64,000 bases of DNA from Bacillota bacterium (lineage in GTDB: Bacteria > Bacillota > Clostridia > Christensenellales > CAG-314). The position numbers and the translations under genes are program-made. Every line of letters begins with the position of its first letter. The first letter of the stretch is position 1. Shown here piece by piece: positions 48,290 through 59,674 of this stretch. The notes beneath the pieces were generated by a model, which worked only from the letters and a program-made list of their open reading frames with translations, was not told the origin of the DNA and did no database searches. Location of the stretch: assembly GCA_023458375.1 (NCBI GenBank), contig JAEWZT010000001.1, positions 2,325-66,324 of the forward strand. The letters are read 5' to 3'.

Positions 48290-48856
48290 ATGAGGACTTG
48301 TAAAGAGTATCGCGAAATCGGTTGGAAAGCCGTAAGTCAAAACTGGGGGATGTCTATCCTCTTTAACTTTTTGGCAATGTTTATTATCAGCGCGCTTACA
48401 GGAACAGTAGCGGGAATGATTATTATAGGCCCCTTTGTAATAGGCATGCAAATGTTTTACCTTAAAGCTGTGCGGGGGCAAGACAAAGGTTACGAGACGC
48501 TGTTTGACGCGGCAAAGAGCGATTTTGTCAATTCAATGATTGTGGTTTTATTAAAGACGGTGTTTATAATGCTGTGGTCTTTGCTGCTCATCATACCGGG
48601 CATCATAATGAGCTACGCATATTCAATGACTGAGTATATTTACATAGACAATCCCTCTTTAAGCGCAAGTCAATGCCTTGAAAAAAGTAAAGAATTGATG
48701 AAAGGTAAAAAGGGAAAACTGTTTTTGCTTGACCTTAGCTTTATAGGTTGGTTTTTGCTGTGCCTGTTGACTTTTGGCATTTTGACTTTTTGGGTTTCGC
48801 CCTTCCAAATGGCTACGAGAGCGGCTTTCTACGAGGATATCAAAGAAGAGATTTAA
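48290..48856 (+). CDS. DUF975-family membrane protein
   Basis: N-terminal ...YREIGWKAVSQNWGMSIL plus 4 TM segments; SD aaggag. Confidence 0.65.
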   Translation: MRTCKEYREIGWKAVSQNWGMSILFNFLAMFIISALTGTVAGMIIIGPFVIGMQMFYLKAVRGQDKGYETLFDAAKSDFVNSMIVVLLKTVFIMLWSLLLIIPGIIMSYAYSMTEYIYIDNPSLSASQCLEKSKELMKGKKGKLFLLDLSFIGWFLLCLLTFGILTFWVSPFQMATRAAFYEDIKEEI

Positions 48857-49206
48857 GCGCAGATATATAAACATAAATTATGCTTTAAAGGTAATCCTAT
48901 ACGGACTACCTTTTTTATTTTAAAGTTTTAGCAACTTAATAATTAAATGCTGTTAAGCTATATGGGAATTACTATTAAATGACTGATATTTTACGCGATT
49001 TTTATTAATTTTATATTATTATTTTGGGTCAGTAATGCTATTTGTTTTCGCGCAAGATTTAGCGCAAAGATTTTTAAGTTTTAAAATCACAAAATCTCAA
49101 ATTATCGGAAACAATATTGTTTTGACTTTGCCTTGACTTTTGAAAGAGGGTTAAGCTATTATATTATATAGCGTAAAACAAACCTTTTACATTTTTGGAG
49201 AGTTTT

Positions 49207-49701
49207 TTGAGAGTTTTAGGGATAGACCCCGGACTTGCCACAATAGGATACGGAATTGTGGACAGGGAAGGTAAAATTGACAAAGTCGTGGACTATGGCG
49301 TAATAAAAACGCCGAAAGAAGAGAGCCTTCCCGTGCGCCTCGCAATGATTTACGACGGCGTCGCTTGCTTAATTACCAAATATCACCCCGACGCAATCGC
49401 GGTTGAAGAGCTGTTTTTTAATACCAATATAACTACGGGCATATCGGTTGCCGAAGCAAGGGGAGCCATTTTGACCGCTTCGGTAAGGGAATGCGGCAGG
49501 CTTTACGAATATACCCCTTTGCAGGTAAAAATGAGCATGACGGGCTACGGAAAAGCCGACAAGCAGCAAATACAGCAAATGGTAAAGGTTTATTTAAAGC
49601 TTGACAAGATTCCCCGTCCCGACGACGCAGCAGACGCCTTAGCGGTTGCGCTTACCCACCTCAATTCTGTGCTGCTTGCCAAAACAAGCTACATAAAATA
49701 G
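49207..49701 (+). CDS. ruvC: Crossover junction endodeoxyribonuclease RuvC
   Basis: (M)RVLGIDPGLA..GYG, AVEE.FF; TTG 49207 preferred. Confidence 0.85.
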   Translation: MRVLGIDPGLATIGYGIVDREGKIDKVVDYGVIKTPKEESLPVRLAMIYDGVACLITKYHPDAIAVEELFFNTNITTGISVAEARGAILTASVRECGRLYEYTPLQVKMSMTGYGKADKQQIQQMVKVYLKLDKIPRPDDAADALAVALTHLNSVLLAKTSYIK

Positions 49702-49719
49702 CGCAAAAGGAGTTAGGTA

Positions 49720-50292
49720 ATGATTGACTTTATATGCGGAGAAGTCATAGAAATAGGAGAAAATACCGTTGTACTTAAAAGCGGCGGTTTCGGGTATTCA
49801 CTTTTTGTTTCCGAGTTTACAAAAAGCAGGCTTTCAATAGGGGACAACGTTCAGTTATACTGCCACCTGCAAGTCAGAGAGGATGCTTTGGCGCTTTTTG
49901 GTTTTGCGGGCATAGAAGAAAAAACCCTTTTTAAAAACCTTATTTCCGTATCGGGCATAGGACCCAAAATGGCGATTACACTGCTGTCGGGTATGCGCGC
50001 GGGCAAACTCGCCCTCTGCATCGTGTCGGGCGACTATGCGTCGCTTTGCACAATAAAAGGCTTAGGCAAAAAAACCGCGGAAAAAATTGTGTTGGAATTA
50101 AGAGAAAAGTTAAATATTTCTAAGGAAATGTTATTGCAAGACCAAACGGAAAGTATTGACGCCGAAGCCGTTGAAGTGCTGCGTTCTTTGGGGATACCGC
50201 GCAAAGAGGCGGCAGAACGAGTTAAACGAGCCGTTGAGGGCGGAATGACTACCACCGAACAAATACTTAACTTTGCATTAAGGAACGCATAA
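49720..50292 (+). CDS. ruvA: Holliday junction helicase subunit RuvA
   Basis: MIDFICGEV..., HhH motifs ([21 protein letters not shown]). Confidence 0.9.
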   Translation: MIDFICGEVIEIGENTVVLKSGGFGYSLFVSEFTKSRLSIGDNVQLYCHLQVREDALALFGFAGIEEKTLFKNLISVSGIGPKMAITLLSGMRAGKLALCIVSGDYASLCTIKGLGKKTAEKIVLELREKLNISKEMLLQDQTESIDAEAVEVLRSLGIPRKEAAERVKRAVEGGMTTTEQILNFALRNA

Positions 50293-50294
50293 AA

Positions 50295-51347
50295 ATGGAT
50301 GACAGGCTTATAAGCAGTTCTTTTGAAAGAGGGGACTCTGAAAATGAAAATATCCTTCGCCCCAAAACACTGGAAGGCTTTATCGGGCAGGACAAGTTGA
50401 AAGAAAAATTAGAGGTTTATATCGCCGCCGCAAAGGGGCGGAAGGAACCTCTTGACCATTGCCTTTTTTACGGCTCTGCGGGACTGGGAAAAACCACATT
50501 AGCCCATATCATAGCCAATATTTCTTCCGCCGTTTTGACCGTTACAAGCGGACCGGCAATAGAAAAAGCTGCGGATTTGGCAGCCATTTTAACCAATCTT
50601 ACAGAGGGAGAGATATTATTTATAGACGAAATTCACCGCCTTAACCGCGCGGTGGAAGAGATTTTATACCCCGCCTTAGAGGACTTTGCGCTTGACTTTG
50701 TGGTTGGAAAGGGCGTGGGCGCGCGCACTGTCCGTCTGCCTTTGCCGCGCTTTACTCTAATAGGCGCTACGACAAGGGCGGGCAGCTTATCGCAGCCTTT
50801 GCGCGACCGTTTCGGAATACAAGCAAAACTTGAAATGTATTCCTCAAAGCAGTTAGAAAAAATTATCGTCAATTCCGCCGCTCTTTTAAAAATGGAAATT
50901 GATAAAAGCGGCGCGGAAGAAATCGCAAAAAGAAGCAGGGGAACGCCTCGCGTAGCCAACCGCCTGCTCAAAAGGGTGCGCGACTACGCGCAAGTTAAGG
51001 GCAGAGGCATAATAGACAAAGAAATCGCCGACTATGCGCTTTCGGTGATGGAAATTGATTATTTGGGGCTGGATAGCGTTGATAAAGCGGTGCTAAACAC
51101 TATAATTGACAAATTCGGAGGCGGTCCCGTAGGCATTGAAGCCGTAGCTTCCGCCTCAAATGAAGACGCAACGACCATTGAGGACGTTTACGAACCTTAT
51201 TTAATACAGCTTGGCTTTTTGGTAAGGACTCCCAGGGGCAGAATGTGTATGCCCGCGGCATACAAACATTTGGGTAAAATGCCCCCTAACGGCGCAAGGC
51301 AGCTTACATTGGAAGAAGATATTTTAGGCGGAAACGCCAACGCATAA
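50295..51347 (+). CDS. ruvB: Holliday junction helicase subunit RuvB
   Basis: [38 protein letters not shown]. Confidence 0.95.
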   Translation: MDDRLISSSFERGDSENENILRPKTLEGFIGQDKLKEKLEVYIAAAKGRKEPLDHCLFYGSAGLGKTTLAHIIANISSAVLTVTSGPAIEKAADLAAILTNLTEGEILFIDEIHRLNRAVEEILYPALEDFALDFVVGKGVGARTVRLPLPRFTLIGATTRAGSLSQPLRDRFGIQAKLEMYSSKQLEKIIVNSAALLKMEIDKSGAEEIAKRSRGTPRVANRLLKRVRDYAQVKGRGIIDKEIADYALSVMEIDYLGLDSVDKAVLNTIIDKFGGGPVGIEAVASASNEDATTIEDVYEPYLIQLGFLVRTPRGRMCMPAAYKHLGKMPPNGARQLTLEEDILGGNANA

Positions 51348-51351
51348 AAAA

Positions 51352-52383
51352 ATGAATAAAAGCGACTTTAATTATTATTTACCCGACGAGCTTATCGCCC
51401 AAACCCCCGCAGAGCCGCGCGACAGTTCACGTTTGCTTGTTTACGACGGCAAAAAGGACGAAATTACCCACGCTTTCTTTTACAATTTGCCAAAATATCT
51501 AAAAAACGGCGATCTTTTGGTAATCAACAATACAAAAGTCATTCCTGCGCGTATTTTCGGCACTAGGGACGCGGGCGGAAAAGTAGAGCTGCTTTTGCTA
51601 AAAAGGCTTGATTACACCCGTTGGCAATGTCTTGCAAAGCCGGGCAAAAACGCTAAAATAGGTGAAACGATTCATTTTGAAAAAGGTTTAAAGGCAAAAA
51701 TTGTTGACATTATAGAAGAGGGCATACGCATAGCTGAGTTTTCTTTTGAAGGCGTTTTTGAAGACATCTTGTCTCAAATAGGGCAAATGCCCCTTCCTCC
51801 TTATATAAAGACAAAACTTCAAGACAAAAACAGGTATAACACCGTTTACAGCAAGATTGAAGGTTCTGCCGCTGCGCCCACAGCGGGGCTGCACTTTACA
51901 CAAAGTCTGCTTGAAGAGATTAAAAATAACGGAAATGAAATTGCAGAGGTGCTGCTTTCGGTGGGGCTGGGAACTTTCCGCCCCGTTAAAGAAGATGACA
52001 TTGAAAAGCATGCCATGCATAGCGAATACTATGAAGTATCCCCCCAGGCGGCAGAAAAAATTAACGCCGCAAAAGCGCAGGGAGGAAGAATAATTGCCGT
52101 AGGCACCACAAGCGCGCGCGTTTTGGAGAGCGCCGCCGACGAAAAGGGCGCGCTTCACCCCTTTAAGGGCGAAACGGACATTTTTATTTATCCGCCTTAT
52201 AAGTTTAAAGTTGTAGACGCCTTAATTACTAACTTTCATTTGCCCGAAAGCACTTTAATAATGCTAGTGTCGGCTCTTTGCGGAAGAGAAAAGATATTGG
52301 AAATCTATAAAGAAGCGGTAAATCAAAAATACCGATTTTTCAGCTTTGGGGACGCAATGTTTTTAGAGGCAGAAAAAAGATAA
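51352..52383 (+). CDS. queA: S-adenosylmethionine:tRNA ribosyltransferase-isomerase
   Basis: DFNYYLPDELIAQ.P...RD.SRLLV, GSAAAPTAGLHFT, VGTTS.R.LES. Confidence 0.95.
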   Translation: MNKSDFNYYLPDELIAQTPAEPRDSSRLLVYDGKKDEITHAFFYNLPKYLKNGDLLVINNTKVIPARIFGTRDAGGKVELLLLKRLDYTRWQCLAKPGKNAKIGETIHFEKGLKAKIVDIIEEGIRIAEFSFEGVFEDILSQIGQMPLPPYIKTKLQDKNRYNTVYSKIEGSAAAPTAGLHFTQSLLEEIKNNGNEIAEVLLSVGLGTFRPVKEDDIEKHAMHSEYYEVSPQAAEKINAAKAQGGRIIAVGTTSARVLESAADEKGALHPFKGETDIFIYPPYKFKVVDALITNFHLPESTLIMLVSALCGREKILEIYKEAVNQKYRFFSFGDAMFLEAEKR

Positions 52384-52490
52384 TGATTAAGGGGCATTAT
52401 AAAGGCATTTAAGGTTGCGGTATTAAACTAGATGCCGCATAATACTCGCTCTATCTGTTAAAGTTTTGTGCAATGGATACAGTTATAAAG

Positions 52491-52848
52491 ATATGCAAGG
52501 CATTGCGCGCGGTTGACAGTCCCCGTTGCAATCTCTTAAAGTATCTGCTTACAGCGCGCATATATGCAACAATGCTTTAAACAATCTATGTCGGATTGGC
52601 TAACAGTTTGTCTAGGCGCGATATGCTTTGGTTGTTTGCCAAAGGCGGTTTGCCTAACGTCGCAAATATTGAGGCAGGGCGGTATGCAGTGGTGCAGTCT
52701 GCTGTTGCAAACCTTAAATAATATCTGCTTACAAGCGTGTATGCAAGCGCGGCAGTTGCCTTTGAACAAACTACGGTCGGACGGTCAATAGATGCCTTTG
52801 CGGGTTGCGAGTGCAGCAGCATAAAGGCGGCAATACTTACAAAGCTGA
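52491..52848. repeat. Six ~52-71-bp TATGC-phased degenerate units forming two ~190-bp tandem super-repeats (non-coding)
   Basis: TATGC at 52492, 52563, 52622, 52683, 52740 and ~52792. Units 1/2/3 align with units 4/5/6; the conserved core GTTGCAA..CTTAAA..ATCTGCTTACA.GCG occurs at 52525-56 and 52704-37. Confidence 0.7.
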
Positions 52849-52863
52849 ATATGAAAAAAATGA

Positions 52864-54000
<1,137 letters not shown>

Positions 54001-54063
54001 TTGTTATTTGGCTTGTGATATTGTATAATTGACGAAATAAAATAAAATTAAGGAGAAATAAAT

Positions 54064-54450
54064 ATGCTAAATTTATTAGCTTTTTTCTTTGAGGAAACGG
54101 AAACGGGCGGCAACGAATGGCTTACTTGGGTTATCTTGGGCGCTGTTGTTGTTTTGATGATAGTTTTAATGATTGTTCCCCAAAGAAAGCAAAAAAAGCA
54201 ATACGATGAAATGTTGTCAAAGCTTCAAGTGGGCAAAACAGTTACCACTATCGGCGGCGTAGTAGGCAAAATTGTGGAGATAAACCCTTCCAATAACACT
54301 CTTTTGGTGGAAACGGGAGAAGAGGGTAGCAAAACTACAATGACATTTGTTAAAAACGCTATTCATATGGTTCATAAAGACGAAAGCGACGTCAATGCCG
54401 AGGGCGCTATGCCAAAGCAAAAAGACGAAAAAGACGACGAGATTAAATAA
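54064..54450 (+). CDS. yajC: Preprotein translocase subunit YajC
   Basis: Single TM segment, then PQRKQKK....L..G..V.T.GG..G.I. Confidence 0.85.
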   Translation: MLNLLAFFFEETETGGNEWLTWVILGAVVVLMIVLMIVPQRKQKKQYDEMLSKLQVGKTVTTIGGVVGKIVEINPSNNTLLVETGEEGSKTTMTFVKNAIHMVHKDESDVNAEGAMPKQKDEKDDEIK

Positions 54451-54474
54451 AATAGCCTTTCATAATGTTACGAG

Positions 54475-54513
54475 CCTCCGCATAATATTTAGTATATTGT
54501 GTGGAGGTTTTTT
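54475..54513 (+). terminator. Strong terminator whose 3' arm contains the SD of the next gene
   Basis: cctccgcataatat (54475-88) pairs with atattgtgtggagg (54494-507): 14 bp including 2 G-U pairs, 5-nt loop, T6 (54508-13). GGAGG 54503-07 is the SD for ATG 54517. Confidence 0.7.
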
Positions 54514-54516
54514 CAT

Positions 54517-54912
54517 ATGAGCGCATCTGCCGCCGTTGTCCAAAATAACAAAAAGTCAATATTTGTTGATATATTGCGCATAGGGCTTTTTTCCTTTGTA
54601 ATCTGCACCATTTTGGTGCTTATCCTGGCTTTAATAATTAAGCTGTTTCAAATACCCGACAGCGCGCTGTCTATAATTATGCAGGCAGTAAAGGCCGTTT
54701 CCGTTGCGGCGGGGTGCATTATAGCGGTTAGGGGTGAAAAAGGGCTTATCAAAGGCTTTTTAGGCGCCCTGCTTTTTGTGCTTTTGGCAACGGTAATCAA
54801 CGCTATTTTCGGCGGACAGTTCCAATGGGCGCAATTGGGCATTGACGCGGGTATCTGCTGCGCTTTGGGGGCGGTTACCGGCGCGGTAGTGGGGAGTAAG
54901 CGCAGCCAGTAA
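54517..54912 (+). CDS. TIGR04086/YrzE-like small membrane protein
   Basis: 4 TM segments, glycine-rich; conserved position between yajC and secDF. Start at ATG 54517. Confidence 0.6.
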   Translation: MSASAAVVQNNKKSIFVDILRIGLFSFVICTILVLILALIIKLFQIPDSALSIIMQAVKAVSVAAGCIIAVRGEKGLIKGFLGALLFVLLATVINAIFGGQFQWAQLGIDAGICCALGAVTGAVVGSKRSQ

Positions 54913-55131
54913 ATTAAGTTACGCGGCTAAAAACGTAAAAAAATGGAAAGCCTCTAAGGGGGCTTTCTTTTTTGTTAAAATTTATGCGGGTGTAAATATA
55001 CCGCCAAGAAATAGTTTTATCTTATTAAGCCCCAAGCGGTAAGAAAATTGATAAATCAATTGACTTAACGCGTAAAAAAGCTTATACTTTTTTAGTATGT
55101 AAATTATCTGCTTAAATAAGGAGTGTCTCCA

Positions 55132-56448
55132 ATGACAAAAACCAAATCAACAATATTACTCATAATTCTTCTCGTTGTATTGGCGTTTTTGTGCGTTTTC
55201 TCCGTTATGCCCGAGATTTTAGTTGGAAGCTACGCTTACCATTCTCCCCTTAACTTATTAAATTTGGGGAGCGATTTGGGCAAAAGCGTCGTGGGCGTGT
55301 ATGAGGTTGAAAAACCCGACGACCTGACGGAAGAAGATTACAGCGCAAAAATTAACGAAAGCTTAAAGATAATAAGGAAAAGGCTAAGCGATTTTAATTT
55401 GCAGGACGCTTCCTTTGCTCTTTCCCAAACTTCTTTAACGGTAAGAATGAAAAATACCGACGACGCGATTTCCGCTTTGAGTTTGGTCAACCAAAAGGGC
55501 GAGTTTGCGCTTTCATCAAGCAATGACGCTACAAAGCTTTCGGAAACTACTTTGATGACCAACAAAAACATTACAAAAGTTTCAACGGGTTATTCCAGTT
55601 CTGACGGCATATATTACATGAAAATAGACATTGACGACACGACCGCTGCTTTGATAAAAGCAAGCACCGCATCGGCAACGTCCTCTTCACCCGTTACAAT
55701 GTATTTTTACTTTGACGGCGTGCTTTACAAGGCTAATAACTTGCAGGCTACTTCGCAATACACCTATTCCTCTTTGTATGTTTATGCCACTGACGGTATC
55801 AGTTTGGAAATATACAAGTCTCTTTTGAACAACGGTATTTTGCCCCTTGACGTTACCTATGAAAGTTACGGCTATGCCGCGCCTTTATTGGGAGAATACG
55901 CGGCTTTAATAAGCGGCATATTTGTGCTTGTAATTGCCGTTGCAATTATCGTAGCTTTAATAATTCGCTTTAAGCTTTTCGGCTTAGCCTCCGCCCTTTC
56001 TTTCTTAGTATATATTTTAGCTGTTTTCCTGCTTATTTCCCTTGTATATTTACCCGCCTTTGACATAGGCGCGCTTTTAGGCGCGATGTTTGCAATGGCG
56101 CTTTATCTATACAGTTCCGTGTATTTCTTAAATACCGTCAACGGCTTGAAAGAGGGCGTTAAAGAACAAAACAGCGAAAAACAGTTAACAATTTTATTGG
56201 GCAGAGCGAGAAGGCATGTAACTTTACACCTTTTACGCATTCACGCGGTATTATTTGCCGCTTCACTAATCTTGTGGATATTCGGCGTGGGAGTGACTGC
56301 CTCTTTTGCGGTTGTATTAACTTACGCTTCGGTGCTGTCGTTGCTTGCTAATCTTTTTGTGTCTAAGCTTTTTGAAAGCCTGTTTATAGCCATTTCTCCT
56401 GATTTAAACCTATATTACAGCGCCGCTAAAAAGGAGGAAAAAGTATGA
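55132..56448 (+). CDS. secD: Protein translocase subunit SecD
   Basis: N-terminal TM segment, periplasmic-type domain and C-terminal 5-TM bundle; overlaps the secF start. Promoter TTGACT-17-TATACT at ~55060-55088. Confidence 0.75.
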   Translation: MTKTKSTILLIILLVVLAFLCVFSVMPEILVGSYAYHSPLNLLNLGSDLGKSVVGVYEVEKPDDLTEEDYSAKINESLKIIRKRLSDFNLQDASFALSQTSLTVRMKNTDDAISALSLVNQKGEFALSSSNDATKLSETTLMTNKNITKVSTGYSSSDGIYYMKIDIDDTTAALIKASTASATSSSPVTMYFYFDGVLYKANNLQATSQYTYSSLYVYATDGISLEIYKSLLNNGILPLDVTYESYGYAAPLLGEYAALISGIFVLVIAVAIIVALIIRFKLFGLASALSFLVYILAVFLLISLVYLPAFDIGALLGAMFAMALYLYSSVYFLNTVNGLKEGVKEQNSEKQLTILLGRARRHVTLHLLRIHAVLFAASLILWIFGVGVTASFAVVLTYASVLSLLANLFVSKLFESLFIAISPDLNLYYSAAKKEEKV

Positions 56449-57320
56449 AAAAATCTTTTATAGTAGTTTTGGCTGTATTTGCCGTCATTATAATTTTTGG
56501 CGCTTTAACGCCTGTCTTTACACAAGTGGGAGACTACCATTTTAATAACGGTTGGACGGTTACGATAAACAACGAAGTATACTCGCAAGAGGACTTTGAC
56601 GAATATCTTGAAACGGTTGAAACCTATTTGACGCAACAAGGCGTTGCCTACGAATCAAAGCAAGCTATCTTAAACGAGTTTGACGAAAAGGTCGCCGTGC
56701 TTTACGATTTTTATGCGTTAAACGCGGAGCAAAAAACGGCTATTGAAACATTTTTAGCCGCTCAAAGCTATGTTTCATATGCTGCTTCCGACATTAGAAA
56801 TGACGGATATATCAAAGCCGTTATATATGCCGCTATCGGCGCGGGCATTGTGCTTGTTTTACAATTCCTGTATTACCTCTTTGTTCATAAGAAGTTTTTC
56901 GGAATTGATTTGGGCATAGCTGCTACAATAAACAGTCTCTCTGCTTTTTTGGTAACAATAGCCTTTTCCCTTATATTAGCTTTAATAGGCGTAAGATTTG
57001 CCCCTTTGACAATTTCCGCAGTTCTGCTCGTTTTGCTTGCTTCGGTATTTGTAAATGCCGCTCTGTTTGAAAAAGTAAAGTATAATGTTGTAACACGCAA
57101 AATGGAATTGGAAGAAGCAAAGCAGTTAGCGCTTTCTCAAAATAAAAAACTGTTGGCACTGTTTTTTGCCCCCCTTATGGTTGCGGCATTGGTTGTTGCT
57201 ACGGTATTTATGACCAACCTTTTAAGTTTTGGCTTAACTTTGCTTTGGGGATTGGTTTGCCTATACATTCAGGTAATGTTCCTAACCTTACAGCTATGGA
57301 AAAGCAATAAAAAACAATAA
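56445..57320 (+). CDS. secF: Protein translocase subunit SecF
   Basis: 291 aa with the same topology class; ATGA overlap with secD. Confidence 0.75.
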   Translation: MKKSFIVVLAVFAVIIIFGALTPVFTQVGDYHFNNGWTVTINNEVYSQEDFDEYLETVETYLTQQGVAYESKQAILNEFDEKVAVLYDFYALNAEQKTAIETFLAAQSYVSYAASDIRNDGYIKAVIYAAIGAGIVLVLQFLYYLFVHKKFFGIDLGIAATINSLSAFLVTIAFSLILALIGVRFAPLTISAVLLVLLASVFVNAALFEKVKYNVVTRKMELEEAKQLALSQNKKLLALFFAPLMVAALVVATVFMTNLLSFGLTLLWGLVCLYIQVMFLTLQLWKSNKKQ

Positions 57321-57330
57321 AAAAATACTT

Positions 57331-57358
57331 ACAGCCCTTAAATTAAGGGCTGTTTTTT
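57331..57358 (+). terminator. Terminator after secF
   Basis: acagccctta-aat-taagggctgt 10-bp stem, then T6. Confidence 0.8.
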
Positions 57359-57364
57359 ACGGCG

Positions 57365-59635
57365 ATGAAAAATAATTTTTGTCAAAAATGTGAATACATA
57401 GATAACGATGTCCGCTGTTTTGTTGACAGATACGGCATAGATTTGAGTATTGCCAAATTGCTTTCCGCAAGGGGGGTAAACAGACACAGCATAAAGCGCT
57501 ATTTTAAGCTTGAACTCAAAAACTTCTACGACCCTTTTACAATGGTCAATATGGACAAAGCCTGCGATACTATTAAAGAAATAATGCAAAAGGGCGGAAG
57601 TATTTTGGTTTACGGCGATTACGATGCCGACGGGCTTACCGCCGCAAGTATTTTAAAACTATTTTTTTACGACAACGGCGTTGACTGCGACGTGATTATC
57701 CCTTCTCGCGCCGAAGGATACGGAATAAACGTTGATAAAATTGCCCTTGCTTTTGATAGAAAACATTATGACCTTTTAATTACCGTTGACTGCGGTGTTT
57801 CCAACAAAGAAGAAATCACCCGTATCCTTAATTCGCTTAACACGAAAATTATAGTTACCGACCACCATGAAATACCGGCGGAACTTCCCCCCTGTATTTG
57901 CGTCAACCCAAAACTTGGCTACCGCTACCCCAACCTTTCGGGCGCGGGCGTTGCGTTTAAGCTTGTTCAGGCGCTTGCGGGCATTGAAAACTCTATAAAT
58001 TACGCCGATTTGGCGGCGTTGGGCACAGTTGCGGACATGATGCCTTTAATTGACGAAAACCGCGACATAGTCAGGTTGGGGTTGGAACATTTCGGGCATA
58101 AGGGGCTAATTAAGCTAGCCGACGCATCGGGTTGCAAAAAACCCTATACCGCTTACGACCTTGCTATGAAAATCGCTCCCCGCATAAACGCTGCCGGCAG
58201 AGTGGGTGATGTCAATATGGCGCTCCAACTTTTAAGCAACAGGGCGGCAACCAAACAAAGCGAGTTAGTGGCGACGTTGGTTTCTCTAAACGAAAAAAGG
58301 CGTGTTTTGCTTGAAGAACTGCTGTCGGAGGCGGAGCAAAAAATGCCTCAAAACACCGTTTTTCACGACAATTTGGTCTTTATATACGACGACAACTGGA
58401 ACAGCGGCATTTTAGGTATCGCTGCAAATAGGTTTAAGGAGCTGTATAATGTCCCCGCCTTAGTTATGGCAAGAGAGGGAGACAATTACGTCGGTTCGGC
58501 GCGCGGTATAGAGGGAATAGATTTGCATGAGCTTTTTGTCAACTGTTCGCACCTTTTGGTTAAGTTCGGCGGACACAAAGCTTCGGTAGGGTTTACTGTT
58601 TCGCAAGAAAAGCTGCTTGAACTTAAAGACGCTTTGGCGGCTCAATTAAGGGCGATAGACCACTCTTATTTCAACCCCCAGTTCTATTACGATATGCCCT
58701 TTGAAGATATGTATCTTACAAAGGACTTTATAAAAAACCTTGAATCAATGCAGCCTGTTTTACCGAGCAGCAAGCCTGTTTTTCACCACAAAGGCTACGC
58801 GAGAACGGTATGCCTATTCGGGCAGGAAAGAAATCATTTGCGCTTAACGCTTGACAACGGGCTTGAACTTAAAGGCTATTTCAAGTTTTATCCCTACTAC
58901 CACGCCCTTAATACCAACTGCGAGTGCGAGGTGCTGTTTTCCCTTGAAATTGACAGATACACCGATTTGCCCAGCGGCGTAATACACCAAATAAAAATTA
59001 ACAACTCTATTCGCCTAGACGATATTTATGCCCAAAACTATATAAGGCGGCTTGATTTGTCCCTTTCAAAGCACTATGCCGACAGAGAACAGGTTGAAAA
59101 GCTGTTAAAAGAAAAAAATACTTTGGCGGTGTTTAACTCCTATTCGGAGTTTGAATTTTACGCAAAAAAGTTTGATTTTTCACAGTATTACATTGACCTT
59201 TTTGTTGACAGCTCGATTTATTCGCAGTGTGTGTTTATTTCGCCCAATAAGGATGACGTTTTTAAGTATTATAAAAACATTATCTGCTTCGGGAACTATA
59301 AAACGCTTTCTGCAAAATTTGACGGCAAGGCATTTATGTATAACGACAAATCGCGTTTCCCCGCTTTTTTGACGCAGCACGTTGACAGAGACGTTTGCAT
59401 GGTCGTATTTAAAGCAATAAGGGAGCCTTTGCGCACCAATTCGCTTTATTCCCTTTACGACAACTGTCAGCTTCACCAAGTGTCCTTTGCGCAATTTTTG
59501 CTTTGCTTAAAGGTGTTTGAGGAGCTGCACCTGCTTTCAATCGTCCATGACAACGGGCTAAAAATTACTTTTAATGACAAGAAAAAGGTTGACCTTACTT
59601 CCTCTAAGACTTACAATTTTTTCAACCCCCTGTAA
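57365..59635 (+). CDS. recJ: Single-stranded-DNA-specific exonuclease RecJ
   Basis: DHH motifs (VYGDYDADGLTA, ITVDCG, VTDHH) and DHHA1 (GGHKASVG). Confidence 0.9.
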   Translation: MKNNFCQKCEYIDNDVRCFVDRYGIDLSIAKLLSARGVNRHSIKRYFKLELKNFYDPFTMVNMDKACDTIKEIMQKGGSILVYGDYDADGLTAASILKLFFYDNGVDCDVIIPSRAEGYGINVDKIALAFDRKHYDLLITVDCGVSNKEEITRILNSLNTKIIVTDHHEIPAELPPCICVNPKLGYRYPNLSGAGVAFKLVQALAGIENSINYADLAALGTVADMMPLIDENRDIVRLGLEHFGHKGLIKLADASGCKKPYTAYDLAMKIAPRINAAGRVGDVNMALQLLSNRAATKQSELVATLVSLNEKRRVLLEELLSEAEQKMPQNTVFHDNLVFIYDDNWNSGILGIAANRFKELYNVPALVMAREGDNYVGSARGIEGIDLHELFVNCSHLLVKFGGHKASVGFTVSQEKLLELKDALAAQLRAIDHSYFNPQFYYDMPFEDMYLTKDFIKNLESMQPVLPSSKPVFHHKGYARTVCLFGQERNHLRLTLDNGLELKGYFKFYPYYHALNTNCECEVLFSLEIDRYTDLPSGVIHQIKINNSIRLDDIYAQNYIRRLDLSLSKHYADREQVEKLLKEKNTLAVFNSYSEFEFYAKKFDFSQYYIDLFVDSSIYSQCVFISPNKDDVFKYYKNIICFGNYKTLSAKFDGKAFMYNDKSRFPAFLTQHVDRDVCMVVFKAIREPLRTNSLYSLYDNCQLHQVSFAQFLLCLKVFEELHLLSIVHDNGLKITFNDKKKVDLTSSKTYNFFNPL

Positions 59636-59640
59636 TGTCT

Positions 59641-59668
59641 TTGATTTTTGCTTCTTTTGTGATAAAAT
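59641..59668 (+). promoter_or_regulatory. SigmaA promoter abutting the relA start
   Basis: TTGATT, 16-nt spacer, TGaTAAAAT. ATG 59675 lies 7 nt after the -10 (ATG 59669 follows it immediately). Confidence 0.55.
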
Positions 59669-59674
59669 ATGGGT

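Noticed and set aside
52491-52848. CRISPR array or preQ1 riboswitch in the queA-tgt insert.
   Set aside because: The conserved junction (GCG..TATGC) is too short and degenerate for CRISPR repeats. The 'spacers' are themselves duplicated, and there are no cas genes. No preQ1-I (…CCC…AAAAAACUA) or preQ1-II core is visible.
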